64,000 bases of DNA. It comes from a virus. Its lineage: Duplodnaviria > Caudoviricetes. Shown in pieces: positions 18,548 through 27,200 of this stretch. Numbering within the stretch: position 1 is the stretch's first letter; every line of letters begins with the position of its first letter. The notes under the pieces were generated by a model. That model ran no database searches. It was not told where the DNA came from and worked only from the letters and a program-made list of their open reading frames with translations. The position numbers were made by a program, and so were the translations under genes. The stretch lies in IMG/VR virus record IMGVR_UViG_2936345690_000002. The stretch is one strand, 5' to 3'.

Positions 18548-20262
18548 CCGCGTATCTGGCGGGTAAACGCGCCGCCCTTCTGCACCTCGGTGGCGACCGC
18601 CTGCTTGGTGGCGGAGATGATGCCGGGGAGCATGCCCGCCACTTCCGAGCGGGTGACGCCGGAGCCGAAGCTGTTGTTCTGGACGATGGTGATTCCGCCG
18701 CCACCCATCTGGTGGTTGGGTATGATCTGCCCGCTGACGGAAGGCGTGAAGATTTCCGGGCCGCGCTCGCCCACGAGGTAGGACTTGCCGCCTCCGACCG
18801 GGCCGCCGTCTGCCCTGGCTCCGCTTAAGAACCCGCCGATGCTCTTGAAAATGTCCGTGCCTTCGATGGCACCCATGATGCCGTCGCTCAGCGGGCCGGT
18901 GACGCTTTTCTTAAGAATCTGGGCGGCGATCTCGTCGAAGAACCGCTTCGCCGCATCGCCTGCGGAGTCGAAGTGCAGGATGATGTCGGTCAGGCCGTCC
19001 GTCAGCTCCTTCCGCCATTCGCGGGCGGTTTCGGCGGCTTCTTCCTGTGCTTTGGTAATTTGTTTGGTCGCTTCTTCGGCCTCGTAGGTGACGCCCGCCT
19101 GCTCGCGTATCTTGTCGATAAGCTCCTGCGACGTGCCGAGCGTCTTATCCTTGATCGCCTGTGCCGTGGCTTCCATCTCGGCGCGGCGTTCGGCCAACGC
19201 CCTGCCGGAAAGCTGCGCCAGTTCGGCCTCCTGCTCGTATTTCAGGAGCAGGTTGCTGAGTGCATCCCCGGCTTCGTCGTAATCCTCGGCTTCTTTTTTC
19301 TTCTTCGTCTTCCCGCTCTTCCCGAAGCTGCCACCACCGCCTTTCGGCCTGTTGCCGGTAACGTCAATAGAGGGAACGGTCGGCGCGTCGTTCTGCGCCA
19401 TGAGTTCATCGAGCAGCGCCTGCTTCACGGCGGGGTCGTCGGTGAACTGCATCGCAATCCCGCCGACGATGGCGTTGAAGCCCTGCTTGAATTTCGGGAT
19501 GTTTTCGTTGGCGGTTAGCGTGAGGTTCTTGATCTCGTCGGCCACGCCCTTAATCAGCGCGGTCAGCCCGGCATCGCCGATGGTCTTGGCGAGCTGGTCG
19601 AAGCTGTCGCCCATGTTGGAGAGCGCCACGGAAAGCGTGCTTTCCTGCTCCTTGATCGCCCCGGCGAACTGCACGTCGCCGATGGAGCGGATGTAGCCTT
19701 CGATACCCGCCGCATTCTTCCTCACCTTGGTTTCCATGCCCTGGAAGGTGAAGATCACGCTGTCACCCGCGTCCTTGGTGCGGATGCCGAACTCTTTCAG
19801 GCGCTCGAACTCTCCCGTGGCGGCGTCGGCCACGGCTTCGACCACCTGGTTGAGCGACTTGCCCATCGCCGAGGCGGTGTTTCCGTAGGACAGCAATGCC
19901 TTCTCCGACGGGTCAAGCCCCAGCGATTTCAGCTTGATGAAGGCATTGGCCACCTCTTCCACGGCAAACGGCGTGGTCGCGGCGAATTTCTGGATCATCC
20001 CGAAAGCAGCGGCGGCATTCTCCGCCGATCCGGTGACGGTGCGCAAGGAGGCTTCGATTTTCTCGAACTTGGTGATGCCGTCGATCAGCTTGCCCCCGGC
20101 CAGCAGGCTGGAGATGGCGGCGAGCTGCACGCGGAACTGCCCCATCGACGCGCCCATCTTCTTGCCCGCGTTTTCGGTGACGGTGGTCGCCTTCTTCATC
20201 TCGCGGTCGAGCTGGGAGGCATCCGCCTTGATTTTCACCGTGAGTTCGCTAAGTGTTGCCAT
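18544..20262 (-). CDS. tape measure protein
   Basis: MATLSELTVKI.AD, FAATTPF, GEFERLKEFGI, RADGGPV..G.SYLVGERGPEIF. Confidence 0.93.
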   Translation of the reverse strand: MATLSELTVKIKADASQLDREMKKATTVTENAGKKMGASMGQFRVQLAAISSLLAGGKLIDGITKFEKIEASLRTVTGSAENAAAAFGMIQKFAATTPFAVEEVANAFIKLKSLGLDPSEKALLSYGNTASAMGKSLNQVVEAVADAATGEFERLKEFGIRTKDAGDSVIFTFQGMETKVRKNAAGIEGYIRSIGDVQFAGAIKEQESTLSVALSNMGDSFDQLAKTIGDAGLTALIKGVADEIKNLTLTANENIPKFKQGFNAIVGGIAMQFTDDPAVKQALLDELMAQNDAPTVPSIDVTGNRPKGGGGSFGKSGKTKKKKEAEDYDEAGDALSNLLLKYEQEAELAQLSGRALAERRAEMEATAQAIKDKTLGTSQELIDKIREQAGVTYEAEEATKQITKAQEEAAETAREWRKELTDGLTDIILHFDSAGDAAKRFFDEIAAQILKKSVTGPLSDGIMGAIEGTDIFKSIGGFLSGARADGGPVGGGKSYLVGERGPEIFTPSVSGQIIPNHQMGGGGITIVQNNSFGSGVTRSEVAGMLPGIISATKQAVATEVQKGGAFTRQIRG

Positions 20263-20859
20263 CCCGTATCCGTTCCTTTGCGATTTCTTCGTCCATCCAT
20301 GCCTTCAGCTCGCTTACCTTTTCCGAAGACAGGGCGGTTTTCTTCTCCGGCTGCTTCAGCCCGTGCTTCAGCGCATAGCCCTCATAGGCTTGTTCCACCT
20401 CCCACACGGTCGCTTGCCAGAATGCCTGCGGCGTCCATCCCAGCGCTCCTAGGCAGAATCGCTGGTAGTCTCGCCAGGGGAAGCCGTCTCCAGCTTCCCG
20501 GTCAGCTTTCCCATCGCTTCGGCCACTCCCTCCCGGTCTTTCGGCGGGGAAAGCAGGATGCGAAGGAACGCGAACAGGTGGATTTTCAGCATGCCGTGCT
20601 CTTCCGAGTCGATCCCGAGGCCGAGGATGGCGTCACCCATGTCCTTCACGGTCGCCTTGTGCCCGCTGCTGGTGAGCATGGCCGCGAGCAGCTTTGCCGT
20701 GTCGGTGACGCCCATGTCCATCACCCGCTTGGCGATGCGGATGATGCCCTCGCCCAGCGCGTGCTCGCAGGCTTCGATCAGCTCGAACGTGCCCAGCAGT
20801 TCGTAGTTCTTCCCCGCCAGCTCTAGGCTGTAGCGGGGGCGGGCTGCGTCGTAGCTCAC
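20249..20859 (-). CDS. tail assembly chaperone G (20449-20859) and -1 frameshift product G-T
   Basis: slippery G GGA AAG at 20506-20512; -1 frame open to TAG 20249, encoding FPWRDYQRFCLGALGWTPQAFWQAT. Confidence 0.85.
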
Positions 20860-21215
20860 CGGTAGTTCGTCAGCTTGACGGCAGCCACGGTCATGCCCGT
20901 TGCATCGCTGAGCGTGTAGTTGACATTGCCGTCCACGTCGTTGAACCGATCCACGGGGAATGGGCCAGCGGCATACCTACCGCCATTCGTGCCGGAACCC
21001 GGCAGGGTGATGACCGTATCCGGGGTGGCAATCGTGCCGAAGCCGGGCTTGGTCGCGTCATTCGCGGCGAAGGTCAGCGTGCGGCTGGAGGCGTTGCTGT
21101 TCAGGAAGATCAGCATCGTGCGCCCGTCGTTGGCGAACTTGTCAGCCGTCGAAGCGGAGCCGAGGGTATAGGCCAGTCCGCCAAAAACAGAAGTTTGAAC
21201 AGAGAGTGTTGCCAT
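20856..21215 (-). CDS. putative virion protein
   Basis: beta-rich 119 aa between the tube and chaperone genes. Confidence 0.6.
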   Translation of the reverse strand: MATLSVQTSVFGGLAYTLGSASTADKFANDGRTMLIFLNSNASSRTLTFAANDATKPGFGTIATPDTVITLPGSGTNGGRYAAGPFPVDRFNDVDGNVNYTLSDATGMTVAAVKLTNYR

Positions 21216-21224
21216 GGGTTACCT

Positions 21225-21632
21225 CTATGCGGCTGCGGTGAAGGTCGGCTCGCCGTGCGATTCGAGCGTGTAGCTGTATTGTTCCACGCCGTCCTTCGCG
21301 CCGTTGCGCGTGTAGCCGGCGATGAGGAAATCGCCCTCGATGGTGTCGCCGTTCGGGAACACCAGCGTGTAGGTGTCGATGGTTCCGGCGAATGCCTTGG
21401 CGCGGATGGATTCGTCCGTGGCGGAATCCTTGAAGAATCCGCTGCACGCGATGGAAAACGACTTCAAAGAGGCATCCTCCACCAGCTCGCGCCAGCCGTT
21501 GGTGTCCTTGGTGCTGCCGTCGACCACGTTGTTGCCCATCGTGATGCTGGTGTCCGTAAGCCCGCCGATGGTAGTTCCCGTAGCGGCATCGCCCAACTTA
21601 ATGAGCATGTCGCGGCCTTTTTGTAGTGCCAT
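21225..21632 (-). CDS. major tail tube protein (TP901-1-like)
   Basis: QKGRDMLIK, VDGSTKD..GWREL, YTLESHG. Confidence 0.88.
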   Translation of the reverse strand: MALQKGRDMLIKLGDAATGTTIGGLTDTSITMGNNVVDGSTKDTNGWRELVEDASLKSFSIACSGFFKDSATDESIRAKAFAGTIDTYTLVFPNGDTIEGDFLIAGYTRNGAKDGVEQYSYTLESHGEPTFTAAA

Positions 21633-21654
21633 AAGCCCTCCTTGGCTAAGTGTG

Positions 21655-22296
21655 TTAAGGGGTGATCAGTTCGACGGTCGCGCTTTCCAGCGTGATCGTC
21701 TCGCCGGTATTGGAAAGCTGCCCGGTCAGGGCCAGGGTCGTCGCTGCCGTGGTGTCCACGCTCGCGGTGACGGCGGTGCTCGATGAAGTACCGAAGGTCA
21801 CGCCCCCGCCGACCCCGCCTTGCGAATTGGTGGCGTTGCGGTTCTGGATGGTGGTATAAACCCGCGATGTGGCCGCCGTGGTCAGCGCGAATGAGGAAAA
21901 GGCGGTGCCGCCCGCGCCGTCGTAGCGCACGCGCAGCGTCTTGGTGTTTGCGGAATTGGTGTGCGACCAGCCGGACGTGATGGCGAGCTGGCCGTTGGTT
22001 CCAAGGACATTCGCCGGGACGGTCACGGTGGCGAGCGTGGTTTCCGTCAGCGTGCCGGTGATGGAGGCCGAAACCGCCGAGGAAGAGAGGATGCAGCGCC
22101 CATTGACCAGCTTGTAGCGGGTGCCGGTGGAGTACCAGAGCGAGCCGTTGCAGACATCGGTGACCAGATACACCTTGCCGGTGTTGCTTGCTGCTGCGGG
22201 GAGGCTTGCAAAGGTCGTCTGCGGGTAGCCGATGCCGGGGGTGTAGGCGAGCGCCGGGGCGGATAACAGCCAGAGCGAAAGCAGGCGTTTCATCAT
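21655..22296 (-). CDS. putative virion appendage protein with signal-peptide-like N-terminus; paralogue of 25949-26581
   Basis: MMKRLLSLWLLSAPALA; NSANTKTLRVR shared with the paralogue. Confidence 0.65.
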   Translation of the reverse strand: MMKRLLSLWLLSAPALAYTPGIGYPQTTFASLPAAASNTGKVYLVTDVCNGSLWYSTGTRYKLVNGRCILSSSAVSASITGTLTETTLATVTVPANVLGTNGQLAITSGWSHTNSANTKTLRVRYDGAGGTAFSSFALTTAATSRVYTTIQNRNATNSQGGVGGGVTFGTSSSTAVTASVDTTAATTLALTGQLSNTGETITLESATVELITP

Positions 22297-24710
22297 GCGG
22301 TGATCCTCCAGGTGGTGCCGTTGTAGTAGAAGGTGAGCGCGCCGTAATTCTCCGAAATGGTCGGGTTCACCACGCCGTCGAAGGTGCCAGTCAGGGTAAT
22401 CGGGTAGGTCTGGGCATTGCCCGCGCCGTCCTTGACGGTGAACTGCTTATAGGGGGTGACTTTCGTGGGGAGCGTCACGCTCGTCGTGGCGGGGACTGTC
22501 TTTGCGATCTCCACCAGCGTGTCGGAATTGGACATCGTGACCGCGCCTGATGCGATGACAACGCGACCGTTCGGCCTTCCGGGGAAGCCGTTGTCGTCCT
22601 CATAGAGCGCGGCGCAGATGGCCGGGGTTCCGATGGCGGTCTTGTTCGTCAGGTTGGTGCTGCCGAAATTGTTGCCGTAAACGTGAACGCTGGTTAATGC
22701 GTTATCGGCCACGGAGCCGGAATCCACGATGATCGGATAGGCGGTCGCGCCCGCGTAGGAAACCGAATTACGCTCCACCTCGAAGCGGGAGACGGCGAGC
22801 GTCTTGGCCGAAGCATTGCCCCCGATAAGGCGGATGAAGCCTTCCGAGCCGGAGCCGTTGGAATTGATGTTCACACACTCGTTGCCCTTCACGCTCAGCC
22901 GGGTGACCGTGGCGTTGTTCGGGAAGTTGAGCACGATGAACGAGCGGGCAAGGCCGGTGACGAAATTGTCGCGGAAGATGATCTCGTTCGCCGCAGCGGT
23001 GGACGACGAACCCGCCGAGCAGGTGATGTAGCCGAAGCGGAACATCGGCCCGTTGATGATTTTGTTGCGCTCCACGATCAGGGTCTTGAAGCCCTTGCTG
23101 GGCAGAACCCCGAGGAAGGCGGAGGTGGCGAGGCAGTTGGAGGCGATATTCCCCGCCACCACCATGTGCTCGCAACTCAGGTTCACGATGGAGCCGGTGG
23201 CGCCGGGCTTGACGTTCTCGAAGTAATTGCTCTCGATGACAGCGGTGCCGTTGTCGGTCTGCTGGACGGTGATGCCGGAACCCGAGGTGAAGGCCATGCC
23301 GTTGGAGGCGATGCCTGCGGTGTTGTCGAGGTTGCGGATCACGTTGTCGCGGATGACGATTTTGCACTGGTTGCCGGAAGACCAGATGATGCCGCCCGTT
23401 CCATAGACGCCACTTTCCACGTCGTAGCAGTCGATGTAATTGCCCTCAAGGATGGTGTCGCCCGGCACTTCGTAGCCGTAGGTGAGCGAGGTCGAAGTGA
23501 TGCCCGGCGCGATGGACTCGCCTTCCACCCCATACTCCCAGTTGCCGATGAGCACGTTGTTGCGGATGATCGTGCCCTTCCAGTTGGAGTTCTGGATGCC
23601 TTCCTGGAAGGCGCGGGTGACGATGTTGTCGGCGATGAGTAACCCCTGCGAGGCGAAGCTTGCGTCATCCCCATCGATCCAGCCTGAAGAAGAGATGCCG
23701 TTGCGCGACCCTAAATGCCCCAGCAAATGCCCGCAATGATCGACGATATTGCGCTGGATGACGCCGTTCCTGCCCCAGTTGCAGTAAATGCCCGAGGACG
23801 GAAGGTTGTAGGCTTCGCAATCCACCACGCTGAAATTGTGGCAGAAGACGATGGAAAAGCCGTTGAGCGACTGGTTGGCGCTGAGATCGGGGCCGGAGTA
23901 GGCGCTGTTGTCGATGGTCAGCCCACGGATGTGGACGTTCTCCACCACCGTCGAATCGGTGACTGACTGGCCGGAGGTAATCCCTGCGCGCTTGCCGTCG
24001 GTCGGGTTGCCGGTAATCATCACCGCGCCCGCGGCGAGCGGGTAGATGTTGCTCAGGGTGATTGTGGACAGGTCGGGGATGATGATGGACTGCGCTTTCA
24101 CCCCTTCGAGCGTGATGTTGCTCGGGATGATGAGCGGCGAAGCCACGTTCCAGCCGCTATAGGTGCCGGGGGGCACATAGACAACACCCCCGCCTAAGCC
24201 GGAGACATAATTGATCGCGGCCTGCCATGCGTTGCGGTGGTTTAAGGAGCCGTTCGAGCCGTAGAAGTCGAGCACGTTCACCTTGAACCGCACCGCGAGC
24301 GTGCGTTCTGTCGTGGAGCCTGCGGCGAGGATGGAGAGCGCGGAATCGCTGCCCCCGTCGAGAATCGTGCCGGAGGTGTCGGCGAAGCGTGCCAGCCTTC
24401 CAACGGTGGCTGCGCCGGAGACGGAGGCTACGGTGCCGCCTGCCCCGGAAGCGGCCTTTGTGGCTGCGGTGCCCAAGCCTAGATTGGTGCGTGCCGTGGC
24501 GGCGCTGGCGAGGCCGGAGAGGTTGCCCGCTGGCTGAAGTGCGGAATCGGCTTTCGTTCCTTGCTCTGTGGTGGCAAACGCCGAAGAATCCTGCGTTGCG
24601 GCGGAGCCTACGGCCACGCGGCGGTTCTCGCCACCCCGTGCCACGGGGATCATGTCGCCGGTTTGTACCGTTCCGCCGTTGGTCAGTGCGCTGATTTTGG
24701 TATCTGCCAT
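22293..24710 (-). CDS. tailspike / right-handed beta-helix depolymerase-like protein
   Basis: VNVLDF..AWQAAIN..GGGVVYVPPGTY, many I.NN.I repeats; MADTKISAL N-terminus. Confidence 0.8.
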   Translation of the reverse strand: MADTKISALTNGGTVQTGDMIPVARGGENRRVAVGSAATQDSSAFATTEQGTKADSALQPAGNLSGLASAATARTNLGLGTAATKAASGAGGTVASVSGAATVGRLARFADTSGTILDGGSDSALSILAAGSTTERTLAVRFKVNVLDFYGSNGSLNHRNAWQAAINYVSGLGGGVVYVPPGTYSGWNVASPLIIPSNITLEGVKAQSIIIPDLSTITLSNIYPLAAGAVMITGNPTDGKRAGITSGQSVTDSTVVENVHIRGLTIDNSAYSGPDLSANQSLNGFSIVFCHNFSVVDCEAYNLPSSGIYCNWGRNGVIQRNIVDHCGHLLGHLGSRNGISSSGWIDGDDASFASQGLLIADNIVTRAFQEGIQNSNWKGTIIRNNVLIGNWEYGVEGESIAPGITSTSLTYGYEVPGDTILEGNYIDCYDVESGVYGTGGIIWSSGNQCKIVIRDNVIRNLDNTAGIASNGMAFTSGSGITVQQTDNGTAVIESNYFENVKPGATGSIVNLSCEHMVVAGNIASNCLATSAFLGVLPSKGFKTLIVERNKIINGPMFRFGYITCSAGSSSTAAANEIIFRDNFVTGLARSFIVLNFPNNATVTRLSVKGNECVNINSNGSGSEGFIRLIGGNASAKTLAVSRFEVERNSVSYAGATAYPIIVDSGSVADNALTSVHVYGNNFGSTNLTNKTAIGTPAICAALYEDDNGFPGRPNGRVVIASGAVTMSNSDTLVEIAKTVPATTSVTLPTKVTPYKQFTVKDGAGNAQTYPITLTGTFDGVVNPTISENYGALTFYYNGTTWRITA

Positions 24711-25199
24711 TTACGCTTCCATGAGTAGGTTGTCTCCGGTTTCGAGGAGCAGGCCGTAGCCGCTCTCAAGGAGGAATTCCGAGCCGGGGAATTCTTGCTC
24801 CTGCACAATCGCGCGGAACCGCATCACGCCGTGGTAGTACCTGTCCGGCTCCGCTTCGTCCCCCGTATCGGGGAGGAGCTGGTTGAACTCGCAGGTGATC
24901 TCGGTGAGGTCGTAGCCTTCCACGTCCACCGCGTTTTCCTGCCGGTCTAATGCCCGGTAGACGCTTTGCATCAGGTCGGCGCATGCCTTGTCGCCGCTGC
25001 CCTGCGTCCATGCATGGAGCGTCACGGTGATTTCCTGCCCGTCGCCGGTCTTGGTGCGGAACGGGATGGATGTTTTCTCGCCGATCACCACATACGGGAA
25101 GGCTGAAGCCTGCGGGATATGGCTGTAGACGTTCGATCCGATGCGGATAACCAATCGGTCGTAGATGCCCTTGTGCAGTGCGTTGACGGCAAGGGTCAT
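24711..25199 (-). CDS. tail terminator (DUF3168-like) with LLLExG C-terminal extension
   Basis: FPYVVIG, TLHAW, YHGVMRFRA; tail FLLESGYGLLLETGDNLLMEA. Confidence 0.85.
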   Translation of the reverse strand: MTLAVNALHKGIYDRLVIRIGSNVYSHIPQASAFPYVVIGEKTSIPFRTKTGDGQEITVTLHAWTQGSGDKACADLMQSVYRALDRQENAVDVEGYDLTEITCEFNQLLPDTGDEAEPDRYYHGVMRFRAIVQEQEFPGSEFLLESGYGLLLETGDNLLMEA

Positions 25200-25792
25200 A
25201 TACCCGCACCATCGGTGTTCTGGCTGCCTTGTCCGATACCGTCATTCACGGCCTTGGCGATGCGTTCCAGGATGAATGGCTTGCTCTTCTCCAATGCGGT
25301 AAACATGAACGGTCGCGGCGCGATCTTGTGCGTGCCGAACTCCAGCATCTTGGCATATTTCGCGGAAGCGCTGACCGTGGCAATCAGTTCGTTGTTTTCC
25401 TTCTTCACGCTGGAATCGACCTGGATGCTGTTGGTCAGATTGCCGGTATCGGATGCCGGCGCTTCGCCGGGCGCGGAGGCGGTGTGCGCCTTACTGCGCT
25501 TGACGAATCCGACCGACCTGCCGTTGATCGTGAACCACGCGGTGGGTTCTTCCCCATCCACGGCGGGGCGCATGTCGTAGGTCTTGCCGGACTTGCCGCC
25601 CTGCTGGATGGATTTCTTCGCCTCGGTCGCAACCCGTTGGGCGGCAACGTACAGGGCTTTCTTGACCTGCTTATCGACGGCTTTCTGTACGAGTTCGGTC
25701 GCCTTGCGAAGGTTATCCAAGCCGTCAATTTCGACCTTGAATCCGAGGGATGAGCGGTCTGTCCCTGAAAACGTGCCTCCCTCAGTCGCCAT
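25196..25792 (-). CDS. HK97 gp10-like neck protein
   Basis: SAPGEAPASDTGNL..SI, YAKMLEFGT, PRPFM. Confidence 0.88.
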   Translation of the reverse strand: MATEGGTFSGTDRSSLGFKVEIDGLDNLRKATELVQKAVDKQVKKALYVAAQRVATEAKKSIQQGGKSGKTYDMRPAVDGEEPTAWFTINGRSVGFVKRSKAHTASAPGEAPASDTGNLTNSIQVDSSVKKENNELIATVSASAKYAKMLEFGTHKIAPRPFMFTALEKSKPFILERIAKAVNDGIGQGSQNTDGAGI

Positions 25793-25949
25793 GCTCTCGT
25801 ACCAGTCCTTTGCGTTTCATTTCCGCCAGTCCGATATCCATGAGCGCGGCGATAACTCTTCCATTGTGCCGTTGCGGGGTTTTCTCCTTGCTGGGCTGGC
25901 TCTTCGCGGCAAGCCGCTCCAGTCCGTCGATCTTGACGCTGATTTCCAT
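25782..25949 (-). CDS. small ORF resembling a gp10 N-terminus remnant
   Basis: MEISVKIDGLERL compared with FKVEIDGLDNL in the next gene; TAATG coupling. Confidence 0.4.
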   Translation of the reverse strand: MEISVKIDGLERLAAKSQPSKEKTPQRHNGRVIAALMDIGLAEMKRKGLVREHGD

Positions 25950-26581
25950 TACGGGATGATCAGCTCGACCATGTGGCGCAGGAGCGTCATCTCCTCGCCC
26001 GCGCCCGCGCTCTGCAACTGGCCGGTGATGACCAGCGTGGTATCCGCCGAGGTGTCGATGGCTCCGGTGACGCCCGCCCCGGAGGACTGACCGTAACCGG
26101 CCGACCCGGCACTCATGCCGAACTGGCTGTTCTGCGCGTTGCGGTTGGTGATGATGGCCGTTGCCTGCTGGGAAATCAGCGTGGTGCTGCCCGCCTGCAG
26201 GAATACCGTGCCTGACGCCCCGCCCAGGCGAATGCGGAGGGTTTTGCTGTTCGCCGAGTTGTTGCCCGAGTTGGTGCAGGTGATCTGGAGGGAGCCGTTG
26301 GCGGTCATGAGGCCGCCGGGCACATTGACCGTCACGAAGGTGGTTTCGGTAGTCGTGCCGCTGAGCGTGGCCGAGGCGACGGCAGATGATGCGAGGAAGC
26401 AGCGACCGAGCGGCTTCCACACCGAGCCGTTGGAGATGAACAGGGTGCCCCCGCCGATATCGGAGAAGTAATAGATTTTGTCCGTGGCCGCCGATGCCGC
26501 AGGGCGGTTGGCGAAAGTCGTGGAGGTAATGGCCATGTCGTTCAATCCATAAGCGTTGAGGAGGGTGAGCAGGCGGCTCAT
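25949..26581 (-). CDS. putative virion appendage protein; paralogue of 21655-22296
   Basis: TTFANRPAA...NSANSKTLRIR...VELIIP. Confidence 0.7.
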   Translation of the reverse strand: MSRLLTLLNAYGLNDMAITSTTFANRPAASAATDKIYYFSDIGGGTLFISNGSVWKPLGRCFLASSAVASATLSGTTTETTFVTVNVPGGLMTANGSLQITCTNSGNNSANSKTLRIRLGGASGTVFLQAGSTTLISQQATAIITNRNAQNSQFGMSAGSAGYGQSSGAGVTGAIDTSADTTLVITGQLQSAGAGEEMTLLRHMVELIIP

Positions 26582-26931
26582 CAGAGGGGCCGGGTGGCGA
26601 GGGTGATGGCGGTATCCCCGGTCTGCGTGCCGGTCACCAGCTTGATGAAGCGAAGTCCTGCGACAACGGGCAGGTTCTCGACCGGGCAGTATTTGCTCGC
26701 CGCCGTGGTGAGCGTGAAATCCACGCCGCCGCTTTGCACGGTGACGAAGGTTCCGCCCGAAGCGGGGGCAGCCTTGATCTGCACGGTGCTGCCGTCGAAG
26801 GTGGAAGGCATGAACAGACCGATCAAATCGGTGCCGTTCAGGTCGATCTCGTTGCTTTCGGTCGCGCCGTTGGCGATGGTCGCCGTCAGGTTGTAGCTGT
26901 CGTTGGGCTGGTACTGGTGGCTCTCGGGCAT
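26581..26931 (-). CDS. putative virion protein
   Basis: coupled ORF; TATIANG, P..FDG motifs. Confidence 0.65.
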   Translation of the reverse strand: MPESHQYQPNDSYNLTATIANGATESNEIDLNGTDLIGLFMPSTFDGSTVQIKAAPASGGTFVTVQSGGVDFTLTTAASKYCPVENLPVVAGLRFIKLVTGTQTGDTAITLATRPL

Positions 26932-27200
26932 TAGCGGCTCCTGATGCGGATGGTGAGTGTCTGGTCTTGCTCCCGCCCTGCGGCGGTGATGATGTGGTTG
27001 ACAAGCGCATATTCCGCGCCGAGCGTACCGCCGGAAAGCCAGATCGTGGCAGTGGTCTGGGTGGACGATTCGTTTTCGACCGTGATCCCGGCGGGTGCCG
27101 TCCAGGTGCTGGTGGCGATCGTGTCTCCGTCAAGCCAATCCTCCCACTCGATGACGTAATCCTTCAGCGCCTGCGGGTCTTTGATCTTGATGTTGCTCAT
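26931..27200 (-). CDS. fibre-tail adaptor-like protein
   Basis: KDP.A.KDY.IEW.DWL.GDTI.TSTW, WLSGG. Confidence 0.7.
   Translation of the reverse strand: MSNIKIKDPQALKDYVIEWEDWLDGDTIATSTWTAPAGITVENESSTQTTATIWLSGGTLGAEYALVNHIITAAGREQDQTLTIRIRSR

Noticed and set aside
11851-26581. Diversity-generating retroelement or invertible fibre switch
   Set aside because: The paralogues are similar only at protein level; no reverse transcriptase, invertase or adenine-specific TR/VR pair was seen.
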